Source of the DNA: Prorocentrum cordatum | Taxonomy: Eukaryota | DNA length: 64,000 nt | NCBI GenBank assembly: GCA_963575745.1 | Contig: CAUYUJ010000237.1 | Location: 186,001-250,000, forward strand | Direction of reading: 5' to 3' | Translations under genes and position numbers: made by a program | Notes under the pieces: generated by a model | Database searches by the model: none | What the model was told of the DNA's origin: nothing | Seen by the model: only the letters and a program-made list of their open reading frames with translations | Shown here: piece after piece, positions 45,704 through 61,274 of the stretch | How the letters are laid out: every line of letters begins with the position of its first letter | How positions within the stretch are numbered: position 1 is the first letter of the stretch

Positions 45704-47880
45704 GTCATCATCATCATTATCATCATCATTATCATCATCATTCCTCTCCTCTCCTCTCCTCTTCTCTCCTCTCCTCTCCTCTCCTCCTCTCCTCTCCTCC
45801 TCTCCTCTTCACACACCCAGTACACCGTTTCGTGGCCCCATAGGGAGCTCCACCGAAGGCCCCAGTTCCCGCGCCCGCATGCGTCACCCACACCCAATTC
45901 GGCACACACCTCACACGTTTCGTGGCTCCATAGGGAGCTCCACCGAAGGCCCTAGTGCCCGCGCCCGCATGCGTCACCCACCCATTTCGGCACACCCCTC
46001 ACACGTTTCGTGGCTCCATAGGGAGCTCCACCGAAGGCCCCAGTTCCCGCGCCCGCATGCGTCACCCACACCCATTTCGGCACACCCCTCACACGTTTCG
46101 TGGCTCCATAGGGAGCTCCACCGAAGGCCCCAGTGCCCGCGCCCGCATGCGTCACCCACACTCATTTCGGCACACCCCTCACACGTTTCGTGGCTCCATA
46201 GGGAGCTCCACCGAAGGCCCCAGTGCCCGCGCCCGCATGCGTCACCCACACCCATTTCGGCACACCCCTCACACGTTCGTGGCGTTTCGGCACACCCCTC
46301 ACACGTTTCGTGGCTCCATAGGGAGCTCCACCGAAGGCCCCAGTGCCCGCGCCCGCATGCGTCACCCACACCCATTTCGGCACACCCCTCACACGTTCGT
46401 GGCTCCATAGGGAGCTCCACCGAAGGCCCCAGTGCCCGCGCCCGCATGCGTCACCCACACCCATTTCGGCACACCCCTCACACGTTTCGTGGCTCCATAG
46501 GGAGCTCCACCGAAGGCCCCAGTGCCCGCGCCCGCATGCGTCACCCACACCCATTTCGGCACACCCCTCACACGTTTCGTGGCTCCATAGGGAGCTCCAC
46601 CGAAGGCCCCAGTGCCCGCGCCCGCATGCGTCACCCACACCCATTTCGGCACACCCCTCACACGTGGCTCCATAGGGAGCGTGCCCGCGCCCGCATGCGT
46701 CATACACCCCTCACACGTTTCGTGGCCCATAGGGGGCTCCACCGAAGGCCCCAGTGCCGCCGCACGCATGCGTCCCGCGCACCCAATTCGGCATTCCCCT
46801 CACACGCTTCGTGGCCCCATAGGGAGCTCCACCGAAGGCCCCAGTACCGCCGCCCGCATGCGTCCCGCATACCCAATTCGGCACACGCCTCACACGTTTT
46901 GTGGCCCCATAGGGAGCTCCACCGAAGACCCCAGTGCCGCCGCCCACATGCGTCCCGCACACCCAATTCGGCACATCCCTCACACGTTTCGTGGCCCCAT
47001 AGGGAGCTCCACCGGAGGCCCCAGTGGCACCGTGGCACCGCCCGCATGCGTCACCCGCACACCCAATTCGGCACACCCCTCACACTTTTCGTGGCCCCAA
47101 AGGGAGCTCAACCGAAGGCCCCAGTGGCGGCGCTCACATGCGCATGCGTCACCCACACCCAGGTCGGCACACGCCTCACACGTTTTGTGGCCCCATAGGG
47201 AGCTTCACCGGAGGCCCGAGTGGCGGCGCGCACATGCGCATGCGTCACCCACACCCAAGTCGGCACACCCCTCACACGTTTCGTGGGCTCATAGGGAGCT
47301 CCACCGAAGCCCCCAGTGGCCGCACTCACATGCGTCCCCACCACCCAATTCGGCACGCCCCTCACAGGTTACGGGGCCCCATAGGGAGCTCAACCGAAGG
47401 CTCCAGTGGCACCGCCCGCATGGGTCACCCGCACACCCGATTCGGCACACCCCTCACACGTTTCGTGGCCCCATAGGGAGCTGCACCGAAGGCCCCAGTG
47501 GCAGCGCTCACATGCGTCTCCGCCACCCATCCCGGACACCCCTCACACGTTTCGTGGCCCCATAGGGAGCTCCACCGAAGGCCCCAGTGGCGGCACTTAC
47601 ATGCGTCTCCGCCACCCATCCCGGCACCCCCCCCGCATGTTTCGTGGCCCCAAAGGGAGCTCCACTGGAGGCCCCTGTGGCGGCCCTCACATGCGCTTCC
47701 GCCACTCATGTTGGCACACCCCGCACGTGTTTCATGGCCCCATAGGGCGCCCCAGTGGCACCCATCTCGGCTCACCCCTCACACGCTCCGTGGTCTTATG
47801 GGGAGTTCCATTGAAGATGAAACCCACAACTGCGGTACTCACAACTGCATATGGTTGGGTTCTTTGCCAGGCTAATTCTT
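45545..47880 (+). mobile_element. Satellite-carrying non-autonomous element, copy 2
   Basis: 5' tcccaaccatcctgtggtgttgggtcctcgttttgaagagacgg; 3' actcacaactgcatatggttgggttctttgccaggctaattctt. Contains (CAT)n, (CTCCT)n and about 22 units of a 90-bp satellite. Confidence 0.85.
45812..47815 (+). repeat. 90-bp tandem satellite, same family as 15280-19950
   Basis: 90-bp spacing at 46031/46121/46211 and 46420/46510/46600. Confidence 0.97.
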
Positions 47881-48439
47881 TTTCCTCATTCTCGCCCTAC
47901 CTTGCGAACTCTCCCTCATCCTCCTCAGCTCTTTTTGCGGAGGCTCCTCCTTGGAGGGCCTCTGGGGGCCTCACATAAGTTTTTCAAGCTTTATTAAAGC
48001 CTTCTGGAGGCCTCCTGGGCGTCTTCTGGGGGGCTTCCTCGGGCCACCCTGCCTCCAACCACGGTCTCCCTGAACGACCGGCTCACGATTTGGAATGCTT
48101 CGGAGGATATCTTGGGGCCAGCCTGGACGGTCACTGAGCTCTCTTAGGCCATCTTGGAACCCTATTGTGCAGTCTTGGGGCTCCCTTGGACTGCCAGGAA
48201 ACACTTTCGGATGATTTTGTTACGATTGTCGAGCCTCCCAGGCGGTCTCGGACGCCCAGAGGACCGAAGAACGGGGCAGTCCCAAATCCATGCAGCAACA
48301 ATCTTTTGAAAAGTCAATATTCTCTGCGTTTTGGAAGCCTCTTGGAGGTCTTCTTTGGGTCGTCTTCGGGCGTTTGGTGGGTGTCTGGCTCCTGACCGAT
48401 TTTGGCCCGTCGCCTAGGCCTAGTAAGGGCTTCCAGGAG

Positions 48440-49908
48440 GGCTTCAAGCCGCGCCAAGAGGACCCCAAAGACTGCCCCAAAGACGGCGAAAAGAAGCTCA
48501 CGAGGCCCGCAAAAGGCTCCCAAGAGAGAGCCACGAGGGACATGGGAGGTCCCCAAGAGGGCCCAAGTTCCCCAAGAAGGCCCCCAGGACGGCCCAAGAG
48601 GGACCCAAGACTTCCCACACGGACTTCAAAAGAGGCCCAGAGGCCCAAAGAGGCGCCCAGGAGGCTACAAGAGGTCCCCAAGGCCATCGAGAGGCGTTCG
48701 TGAGGCCCTCAAGGGGTTCTCCAACGACGAGCCTCCGCAAAAAGACCTGCGGCAGACGGAACATGGTTCGCAATTCCAGGCGAGAGCCTGGAAGAACGAG
48801 AATTACGATGAAGAATGATGAGGCATTGCTTTCCATTGCCTTGCATTGCGCGAGCGGGCGACTTGGACCACGAGGGAGCCCGGGTGGTAGCCACGCGAAG
48901 GACCCCGAACGCCATTCCCCTGCACCATCATGCATCTTGCAGAAGGCGTCGCCTACAAAATTCACACAATAATTGTCCCGAATCCCGGCTTCGCAGCAAC
49001 ATTCCCTTGAAATCCGTGGCGAAACCGGGATTCGGTGTATGCCCAAATACGTTGCAGATTGCTTCAGATTGCATTGCTTAGTATTCAGCGGAAGTGCTTA
49101 GTATTCAGCGGAAGTGTGTGGCATCAATTCGCGCGGGTTGCCATCGCTTCGCCTTGCGCACCCGGGCAGCCTGGGCCACAAGCGGGACAGTGTGTGCGCC
49201 ACGCGAGGGCTTTCTCAAGTCATTCATGGGAACATGTTCTTCAACCGTTTACGTACCCATGTTTCGGTTCTGATTGTGGCGAAGCCCTGCCTGCAGAGTC
49301 ATGCTCCACGGCACAACTCCAGCAGTCCAATCGTGCCTGGAAGTCGTTTGCCAGTCGGCGGCAGACACAATCGCGGTCAGCCGCCAAACAAGACATCCTA
49401 CAATGCATCCGTTGCGAAGAGCTTCACGAACGAACTGACTTCAGCAATCGCCAGCTGCACCGATCCACTCGGACTTGCAAGTCGCGTGCCACCAGTGGTC
49501 AGGACTCGGCCGGCGTTGATCTGGAATGCGTGATCGTTCACGGTTGAACGGTCCAAGTGGTGTCAAAAGTCGACGCGCAGGCCGTTGCGACACCAGCCAG
49601 CACAGGATCGCACGAAGAAGGCACGTGTTTTTGTTCCGACTGTTCTGTCGCAGTCTCCAGGTGGCGTTCTCGCGCCACGGGATCGGGTCCGCCTCGAAAT
49701 TCGAACCAAAATGCATCCCAAGAAAAGTTCGTGTGGCGCACGGACCTGTACAGCGAGGGCAAGAGCAAATAGGAAATGACGAGCACACTGGACTGGAAAT
49801 GGCCAAAAAGGTCAAAGAGGATGGCGACATGTGCCAACAGATGCAATGCTTGAGGGACCAAGGTGCATGGCGCGCAAGGTGCATGGCGCGAAGCGCCAAT
49901 GCAGTCTT
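48440..49908 (+). mobile_element. 'Family A'-related copy C with ~950 bp of inserted sequence
   Basis: 48700-48820 resembles 1240-1330. The terminus 49855-49908 has the same hairpin, with a 16-bp tandem duplication caaggtgcatggcgcg. Confidence 0.65.
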
Positions 49909-49909
49909 C

Positions 49910-50079
49910 TATGTATACAATGTGTTTGTACATGTAAGTACTGATAAGTATATACATACAGATATGCATACATACAAACACCCATGCATATGTAGATGTA
50001 GTTGGGTGCATGTAAATGTGTACGTACATGTATGTGTAGATGTATATGTATACGTATACGCATGCGTGTCTGCATATAT

Positions 50080-50121
<42 letters not shown>

Positions 50122-50159
50122 TATGATTACATGTATGTATCGCGTGTTTGCGTGCAGAC

Positions 50160-50190
<31 letters not shown>

Positions 50191-50235
50191 GAGAGAGAGA
50201 ATACACATTTATATATGTATGTATACATGTACACC
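49910..50235. repeat. (TA)n/(TATG)n microsatellite
   Basis: Directly visible. Confidence 0.9.
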
Positions 50236-50239
50236 CAGA

Positions 50240-52463
50240 GCGCAAAACGAGGCAGGTCTAGGGTCGGCTGTGATTCTGACGGCGCGAACGAGAATTTGAG
50301 CATGCCACTCCCGTGAATCCTGATGCGGGGGCGAAATGCGCAAGCGATGATTGGAACGTACGAGGCGAAGTTTTTCGGTGTTAGCGCGGCGAGTATCAGG
50401 AGGTTGCGTCAGCTGGCAGGGCATATTATCCAAAAGGAGGAGTATGCTCAACCACGTTGCGAACCCGGGATACGCGGACGAAATTTCAAGGGCTGGCCGC
50501 GGTCATGGAGTTGCTCACAGAATTCTTTCAGTTGCTCCCGAGCGGCACAGACAGCTACTCCATAATACATTTGTCATGGAGCAAAATCTGAACCATATTC
50601 GAAGACATCAAGTCCTCGCGTAGGCGGTACAGAGCCGAGGCCGCATCTCAGCTATCATCATCACCTTCCTGATCCCAATTAGACCCCGATGAAGCCTCTC
50701 CGCTGGCAGGAACCAGAAGCAAACAACTGGAAGCTAGATTTAAACACGTTCTCGAACATCTGGAGAGGCTTTCAGGGACTTTGACCAGTCTTTTGGCAGC
50801 ATTTGTATCCAGCGTAGAGAACAGATGTTGGTAGAATGTTTCCAGTTTCGACTACGATGTGGGACTCACGAAGGACAGATTTGCAAAGCTATCGGAGGCT
50901 CTTGAACAAGCAGGAGCGCCTAGGCGAGCACGCCCTGACAGGAACACTCATGACTCATGATCACAGCTTGCACCGGATGGTGGACCAGCGGGAGGGGTGC
51001 AGGAGACTTACCCAGAACAGTGCCCGATTTACCCGAGAGGACGACTACAACCAGGGAGCCTACAACATCGTGTCCGGAGGTATTGCGAGAATGCAGAAGT
51101 TGAGGGACTCCCAGGACAGGAGTTGGACGACCGAGCCCTGAGCGACCTCGCCTCACGTGTTTTTTTTTTTGTTCGAGGCCTCATCTGAGCCCCCCGGACC
51201 GTTGCCCGAGGGCCTCCAAAGGCTCCCGCGGTCACCGCTTCGGGGTGGGGGCCTCGAGTCAGGGGCCCAAGCTGGACCCAGCGCGGGCCCACCTGGGGTT
51301 GCGGGAGATGGTCTGAGAGGGCACTGCAGCGGGGATCCGAGGCTTCGTAGGTGTGCCTGCGGATGGCTGGCTTTCGCTGATCCGCTTGCGGGGTCAATCC
51401 AGCGACTAAGAGGGCGCAGCTGCCAGCCAGGAGGCCACAGGCAAACGATCAACTGTGCGGAAGCGACGGCACTGATCGTTTGTATGCAGCCGGCAGAGGC
51501 GGTACACATGTCGTTACGGACCGCGCATACGTCATGAGGGGCTGGAGGCGTCTCCGACTCGGGCTGCGGAAATTTCAGAGAAATCGTGATATTTGGAAGC
51601 GGTTGGAGAACGTCGCAGGCAGCAAATGGAATTGCATCAACCTTGTCAAGGTTGAGAGCCACCAAGATCGGGATCAGTCGTCTCGAAAGGACGTCCACGC
51701 AGCTTGGATCCAAGCTACTGCGGAGGCCGATTGTTTAGCAGGACATGAGGCTGGCGCTTGCCAGCTGACTGAGGAGGTTAACGAGTCCCGTCCTGCTACT
51801 CGACAGAGAGTCTGAACTCGTTCCTACGTGGATCGCTCTTCTCGGAATCCGGTGCGCTACAAGCGAAAACAGATCTGAGCGAGTCCAGGCCCAGAAGTTT
51901 AAGCGTCTCAAGGCCCCGATCGGGGTCAAACGCTTCAATCCGTCGTTCGACGAGTCCCCACATGCTGCGGGATTCACAAGGCGCGGCCAGAAGCGACTGC
52001 TCTGCTCAGCTTGTAAGCAGAAGCTGGCAGCGTGGGACCGAGACAGTCTTAAGGAATGGCTCCAGTCCAATTGCGGGGCACTCGGATCCCGATGAGATCT
52101 CCCACCCCGGGCCGAGCTGCCTATAGGCAGCCAGGACGTGCATAGCACCCACCAGGTGCCGCTGTCCGAACACACTAGCGGGTGGGCTTGTTTGCTATGT
52201 GCGTCGATCGGCATGGGGGGTAAACAAGAGCCTAGCCAAACCATGCGACAAGGTCCTGCGCAAGGTAGGCACGTCTGACTTAGAGTTTGCTATGTGCGCC
52301 GATCGTCATGGAGAGGTGAAAAGGAGCCTAGCCAAACCCCGCGACAAGATCCTGCGCAGGACAGGCACGGCTAATTTAGATGGTCGTCTGAAACGCAAAT
52401 GGCCAGGCCACTCAGCCAAGGCCAAGGCTTTTAAAGCCACGAGGGCCATGCCGAGCCGTTGAA
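50240..52463 (+). mobile_element. 5'-truncated, decayed LINE 3' half with Cys/His knuckle, RNase HI domain and Cys-rich tail
   Basis: CPI..GSLQHRVRRYC (~51020-51085). RNase H motifs in order: GDG..DPRLRRCACG (51304), QTINCAEATAL (51442), frameshift, VVTDRAYV (~51510), NRDIW, VKVESH, AEADCLA (~51720). Then CSAC, HSTH..CLLC..LAKPC. Many stops. Confidence 0.85.
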
Positions 52464-53212
52464 TCCTTGTTGTGCGTGCGCGCATCTCGGCGACAACTCT
52501 TTGTCCTCCTCCTTCTCCTCCTCCTCCTCCTCGTTCTCCCTTGGTCGTGTTCGCTGCGTCTGCTCGTCTTTTCCTTCTGGGTGTGGCGTGTCGCTGGCCC
52601 ATTGGGATGGCGCCCCCCGACAGTGGTGCAGAGAAGATCCTCTCCGATAGCCGCTCCCCGTTTTTGTTTCCATCTGACCTCCTCTGACCTCTTGTGTGGC
52701 AGTGCTACTCCCCCTCGATCCTTCTCGATCCTTCGCCTGGTCCCACCTGACCTGCTCCTTACTCTTCTCTTGCTCGATCCTTTTCCTGCTCCTCCTCGAT
52801 CCTCCATCCTCTCGAGCCTTACCCTCTGACCTCCTGTGACCTTTCTTGTGGCAGTGTTACTACCCCTCGATCTTTCTTGATCCTTCTCCTGCTTCCACCT
52901 GACCTGTTCCTTCCTCTTATCTTTCTCGATCCTTCTCCTGCTCCTCCTCGATCCTTTTCCCTCTCGATCCTTCCCCTCTGACCTCCTCTGACCTCTCCTG
53001 TGGCAGTGCTGCTCCGCCTTCCTCTCGATCCTCCTCTTTCTCCTCCTCCTCCTGCTCCTCCTCCTCCTCCTCCTCCTGCTCCTCCACCTCCTCCTCCTCC
53101 TCCTCCTCCTCCTCCTCCTCCTCCTCCTCCTCCCCATCCGACGGCGTCCCCGGCGGCGCCGCGGCGGCCCCCGGGGGGAGCGGGACGCCGCGGCGCGGCG
53201 GCGGCGGGGCCC

Positions 53213-53287
53213 CATGTCGCGTGCCGCCGCGGCCAGGAGCTGGCGCAGCAGCCCGCGCCAGCTGCTCAAGTGGTACACCAAGCAGGC
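53213..53287 (-). CDS. Candidate exon of an unidentified minus-strand gene
   Basis: T-rich ttgttttgttgctcgag|G acceptor then ACLVYHLSSWRGLLRQLLAAAARDM. Confidence 0.45.
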
Positions 53288-53309
53288 CTCGAGCAACAAA
53301 ACAACTGTA

Positions 53310-53502
53310 ATCGGGGGCGGAAAAAAGGGGGGTGATGACTAGGGGGTGGGATATCATGGCGTGGTCCATGATGTTTCCCCAGATTTCATGGCGCCTCTTC
53401 TCATTTCATTACGTCCCTGGCCCCCCGCTGGGCCGCGCACATGCCGCCGGTCATGATTTGCACCCCCCCCTCTTGGACGCCCCCCTCTTGGCCGCTCCCG
53501 AT
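53310..53502. mobile_element. MITE, 193 bp, 23-bp imperfect TIRs, 3-bp TSD GTA
   Basis: Left ATCGGGGGCGGAAAAAAGGGGGG versus right (reverse complement) ATCGGGAGCGGCCAAGAGGGGGG, 19/23 identical. GTA at 53307-53309 and 53503-53505. Confidence 0.7.
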
Positions 53503-54269
53503 GTAAGCATCATGTCCCTGAGGTCCGAGGAGGAACGGGCCAGATTGTTCTCCTTCACCCCTCCCTCCCGTCCCTGCCCTGACCCCCCTTCCTGCGCAGT
53601 GCCACAAAACTTGCTCGGTCGTCGTGCACTTCCTGCACATCACGCATGCGGGTTGCACTGCTCATTTGTTCCAAATCGTGCCCCGCCCGATCACGGGCCC
53701 ACCTGTTGGTTTGACCGGGCCTCTGCTGTAAACATAAATACTTTAAGGTCCGCGCGGACTTCTTGGATCGGCGCGGACCTCAGGAGAAATCCTGCGTATG
53801 CCTTTTTTGTCTTCGAGGGCCGTCATGGGGAGAGCAGCGTGCTGCGCTTCCGAGGAGGAAGACAAGCACCGAGGATAGTTTCTCTTGCGTCTCGTTTTCA
53901 TTACGGTCGCGCCGGGGTATAAGATCGAGTCGGTTCGGGGAGGGCACCTTAAATGCTCTTCGTCTTTGTTGAATCTTCTTGTGCACTCAGGGGGAGGGTA
54001 CCCTCGAATATTCTGCAGTTTGACCGGCGGAGGGTCTCATGTTCTTCAAGGATGTTCTCTTTGTCCGAGGTCCGGCCGTAATGTCCAAAACCGGTTAAAC
54101 AAATGATGACCCCCCCCTTCCCCCCCCCCCCCGGATTCCGACTGCCATTAATTCGCATCCGAATAATTATTTGTTCATCTTTCCCCCCTGGAAAAAATTC
54201 CATGGATGCCGATCGATGCCACTTGTATATACCTCGGTACCAGGGAGAATGCCGATGTGACATTGTAGT

Positions 54270-54530
54270 TTGGTGTAGCCAATTATGTCTAGCCTGGAGG
54301 GCGCGCCTGCCCGCGTTGTAACCTGGTGTAGCCCCGCTTGCGTGGCCCAGAGGGGGGGCGGCCTTCATCGTATCCTGGTGTAGCCCCGCAAATTTGGCCC
54401 AGAGGGCGGTGCGACCTTCGCTGTAACCTGGTGTAGCCTTGGTGCGGCCTCGAACTGAGCTGCTTGCTGAGGGCCTTTCTGGCCTGGGGGGCGATCCGGC
54501 CTTCGTCGTAACCTGGTCTAGCCCCTCTCC
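54270..54530. repeat. ~52-bp minisatellite
   Basis: tggtgtagcc at about 54272, 54324, 54376 and 54428, with a variant at 54514. Confidence 0.8.
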
Positions 54531-55637
54531 TGTCCTGTTGCATAACATTTTCATCACACGTCGCCGGTCTGATGTGGCTTACAACACTTGTGGCCCTCTC
54601 GGCACCAGAGGGCGTGCGCATGGGATGGTCCCCAAGTGCGGTCTCTTTCCACGCCAGGCTCGGGCGTGTCAGGTGTGGCTTGTTCGCAACATAGACAGGG
54701 TGCGCGGTGCGCAGGGAGTGGTCCTTGAGCGCAGTCTCTATCCACGCTGGGGTCGCAGGGCGTGGCAGGCGTGGCCTGACGCCAAGAGGGGGTGCGCAGG
54801 AATCTGCCCCTGCACGCAGGGCGCCAGGGCAGTCGCGGGGACGTCTCCAGCGATCCAGTTTGCCCCGCCTCCCTTTTGTTTTCTGTAGGCGCACTACAGC
54901 GCTGGGGAAAACCATTTTTTAAATTGTATCCCCCCAAAATTTGTTAAACTGTTTTTGACATTACATGTCGGGTTCTTTCCGTCTTCGTCGTTCGGGAGCC
55001 GTGCTCGAGCCCCCGCGACCGCCACGAGACAACCTGGGACGAACACGCGGCCAGGACGGGCCCCAGCAGGGCTCCGGGGACCAGTCTCGAGCGGCCGACG
55101 GTCGGGAGGCGCAGGGGTCGACTACACGTAAGAGTGGCCCTTCGCCGGAGTGACCTTTGGGTGCGGGCTCATCGGGCTCCCCCCGATCGCCGAGCGCGAC
55201 GCGATATAAGCGGCCCGCGCCCTTTGGGTTTGGCCCCCTCGCGCCCCCAAGAGCTGCGCACCGAAGGTCACTCTTGCGCGCAGCCGAAGGGGGGAACCAC
55301 GCCGCGGGTTCGCCCGGGCTCGGTGGAGCGCCGCCCGGGGTGGCCCAGCATCGGCCGGCACCGGACGCTGTGCGCTGTCAGCAAGCCGAGGTTTCCATGC
55401 CATGATTGAGCGACCCACGCAGTGTCCACGCAGTGTCAGGAACCAGAGCTGAGGTCGTCATGGCACGAGCCTGGCGTACCGGTGCCGATGCGGTTCTCCC
55501 TGGTTCGTTTCATGCCTGGGATTCCTCAGAAGGGGGGCCTCCGTCGCCACGGCTGGATTCGCCTTGGCGTCCTGGTGAGAACGCGCATCGGAAGAGGTCC
55601 GGAGAGTAGCTCGATCGGTATCTTTTTATCCCCCCAG

Positions 55638-55826
55638 GTCGCTGACCACGGCCGCGCGATGCGCTGGGCGGAGGCGGTGCGGATTTTGTCGGACATGCGG
55701 ACGTACGCGCTCCACCCCGACGTGGTCATTTACGGCGCAGCTGTCGCCGGCAGCGCCCGTGGCCTGCAGTGGCAGGTTGCCACGCGCCTCTTGGAGGCGA
55801 TGCTGAGCAGGGCGCTCACGCCCAAT
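55638..55826 (+). CDS. Exon of a pentatricopeptide repeat (PPR) protein
   Basis: ccccag|G acceptor and 63 codons: ..WAEAVRILSDMRTYALHPD followed by an exact 35-aa repeat VVIYGAAVAGSARGLQWQVATRLLEAMLSRALTPN. Probable GC donor (gcacgg). Confidence 0.85.
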
Positions 55827-56052
55827 GCACGGGGCCTGGGATGCGGAAGCCTGACCACCGACATAAGTGGATGTCACTTGAACACACAAGTTGTTTCCAA
55901 ATTCGCCTGCGTTGCATTCTCAGTTTGAACTGCTCGCGCGTCACTTTCCTTCTGCCTTCTCCCTCCGCCAGCCTCCTCCTTCTCGTCCTCTGTGCCTCTC
56001 TCGAATACACTATGCCTGCCACCTTTCCCCTTGGGTGGCCGCTAATACTGGG

Positions 56053-56170
56053 CGCAACTGTCGCCACTTCCGTGGGCTCCTGGGAGGTCCAGCGGGGTAA
56101 GTAGTCACGCGGACCCCTGCGAGACCTCGCGGCTCCTTGGGAGGCCGCGGATTGTGCTATTGTCGCCCAT
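56053..56170 (+). repeat. Single monomer of the ~101-bp satellite
   Basis: aactgtcgccacttccgtgggctcctgggaggtccagcgg...gagacctcgcggctcc matches the 40598-41950 unit. Confidence 0.8.
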
Positions 56171-56177
56171 CGTATGC

Positions 56178-60316
<4,139 letters not shown>

Positions 60317-60894
60317 ACCGTCCAGGATGTGGACTGCGTGGCAAACTGTTTAGGGTCTTCTGCTGCGATGGCTTAATTGCTCAGCGGTTGCAAGTTGTTT
60401 GGCATCGGCTTGGCCGGATTGACCTCCATGCTCCACTTGCAGGCGTGCAGGCGTTGTGTTGTTGTAGGCATATTGACTTTGGGGGGACTTGCGGACGAAC
60501 TTCTGACTGCCACATCTTCCTACCAGGGACGAAGGCCGACGTCATCTTCCTCCTTCGTGGCTCGCATGGTGGCTGAGTGTCGTCGGCCCGCCCATTTTTC
60601 TCGCAATCAGCCCCTCGTCTCTCGGCCCCTCGTTTGTCAGGCGACCGCAAACGTGGATCAAGGGGGCGTGGACTAGCGACGGGCGCCGTTTCCATGGGAA
60701 ATCGCAGATTTCCGCCGCCGAACGAGGCGGCACCGGCCGCATTTTTGGAAGGGCACCTCCCCCGATCCATGGATTCGGCAACCACGCGCCAAATCCATGG
60801 CTCGCTAATCCATGCCTGCGCGCCCCCGAATTCGGGCCGAACCCCGATCCTCGATGTCTCCTCGGTCCTCGGTGCTTCGCTCGTCCATGCCGGG

Positions 60895-61008
60895 CCCCCG
60901 AGTACCATCGCCTGCAACGCCGCCGTGAGCGCCTGCGGCGGGGCGCAGTGGCCCGTGGCGGTGCAGCTCCTCGACACTATGCTGCGCATGCGCGTGTCGC
61001 CCTCCGTG
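60895..61008 (+). CDS. Exon of a PPR protein, probably the same gene as 55638-55826
   Basis: PSTIACNAAVSACGGAQWPVAVQLLDTMLRMRVSPSV is a typical PPR motif, with a GT donor at 61009. Acceptor uncertain. Confidence 0.8.
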
Positions 61009-61274
61009 GTCGCTGGGCGGGCCCGGGCAGAAGAGAATGAGGGGGGTCTGAGGAGGAGGACGAGGCGAAGTGAGGAGGAGGATCTAGGCCAGATGGGGTC
61101 GGAAATTCGCGCCGCATCACCGGCTCGATGTGGAGCCCGATTTTCCGCACGCCGACGTCGCCGACGCATCGCCGACGTCGCCGATGCATCGCCGATACAT
61201 CGGCGATGTATTGGAGATGCGGCGCGATCCTTCGACCCCAAGTACTCGGACCCCATCTCGGAGGCCGTTACCTG

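Larger units (their letters stand above)
45386..48439 (-). mobile_element. 'Family A' copy B, interrupted by the satellite-carrying element
   Basis: 45386-45544 and 47880-48439 join to reproduce the reverse complement of 1492 down to 766. Confidence 0.85.

Noticed and set aside
54270..54530. Mini CRISPR array
   Set aside because: The sequences between anchors resemble each other, so this is a tandem minisatellite.
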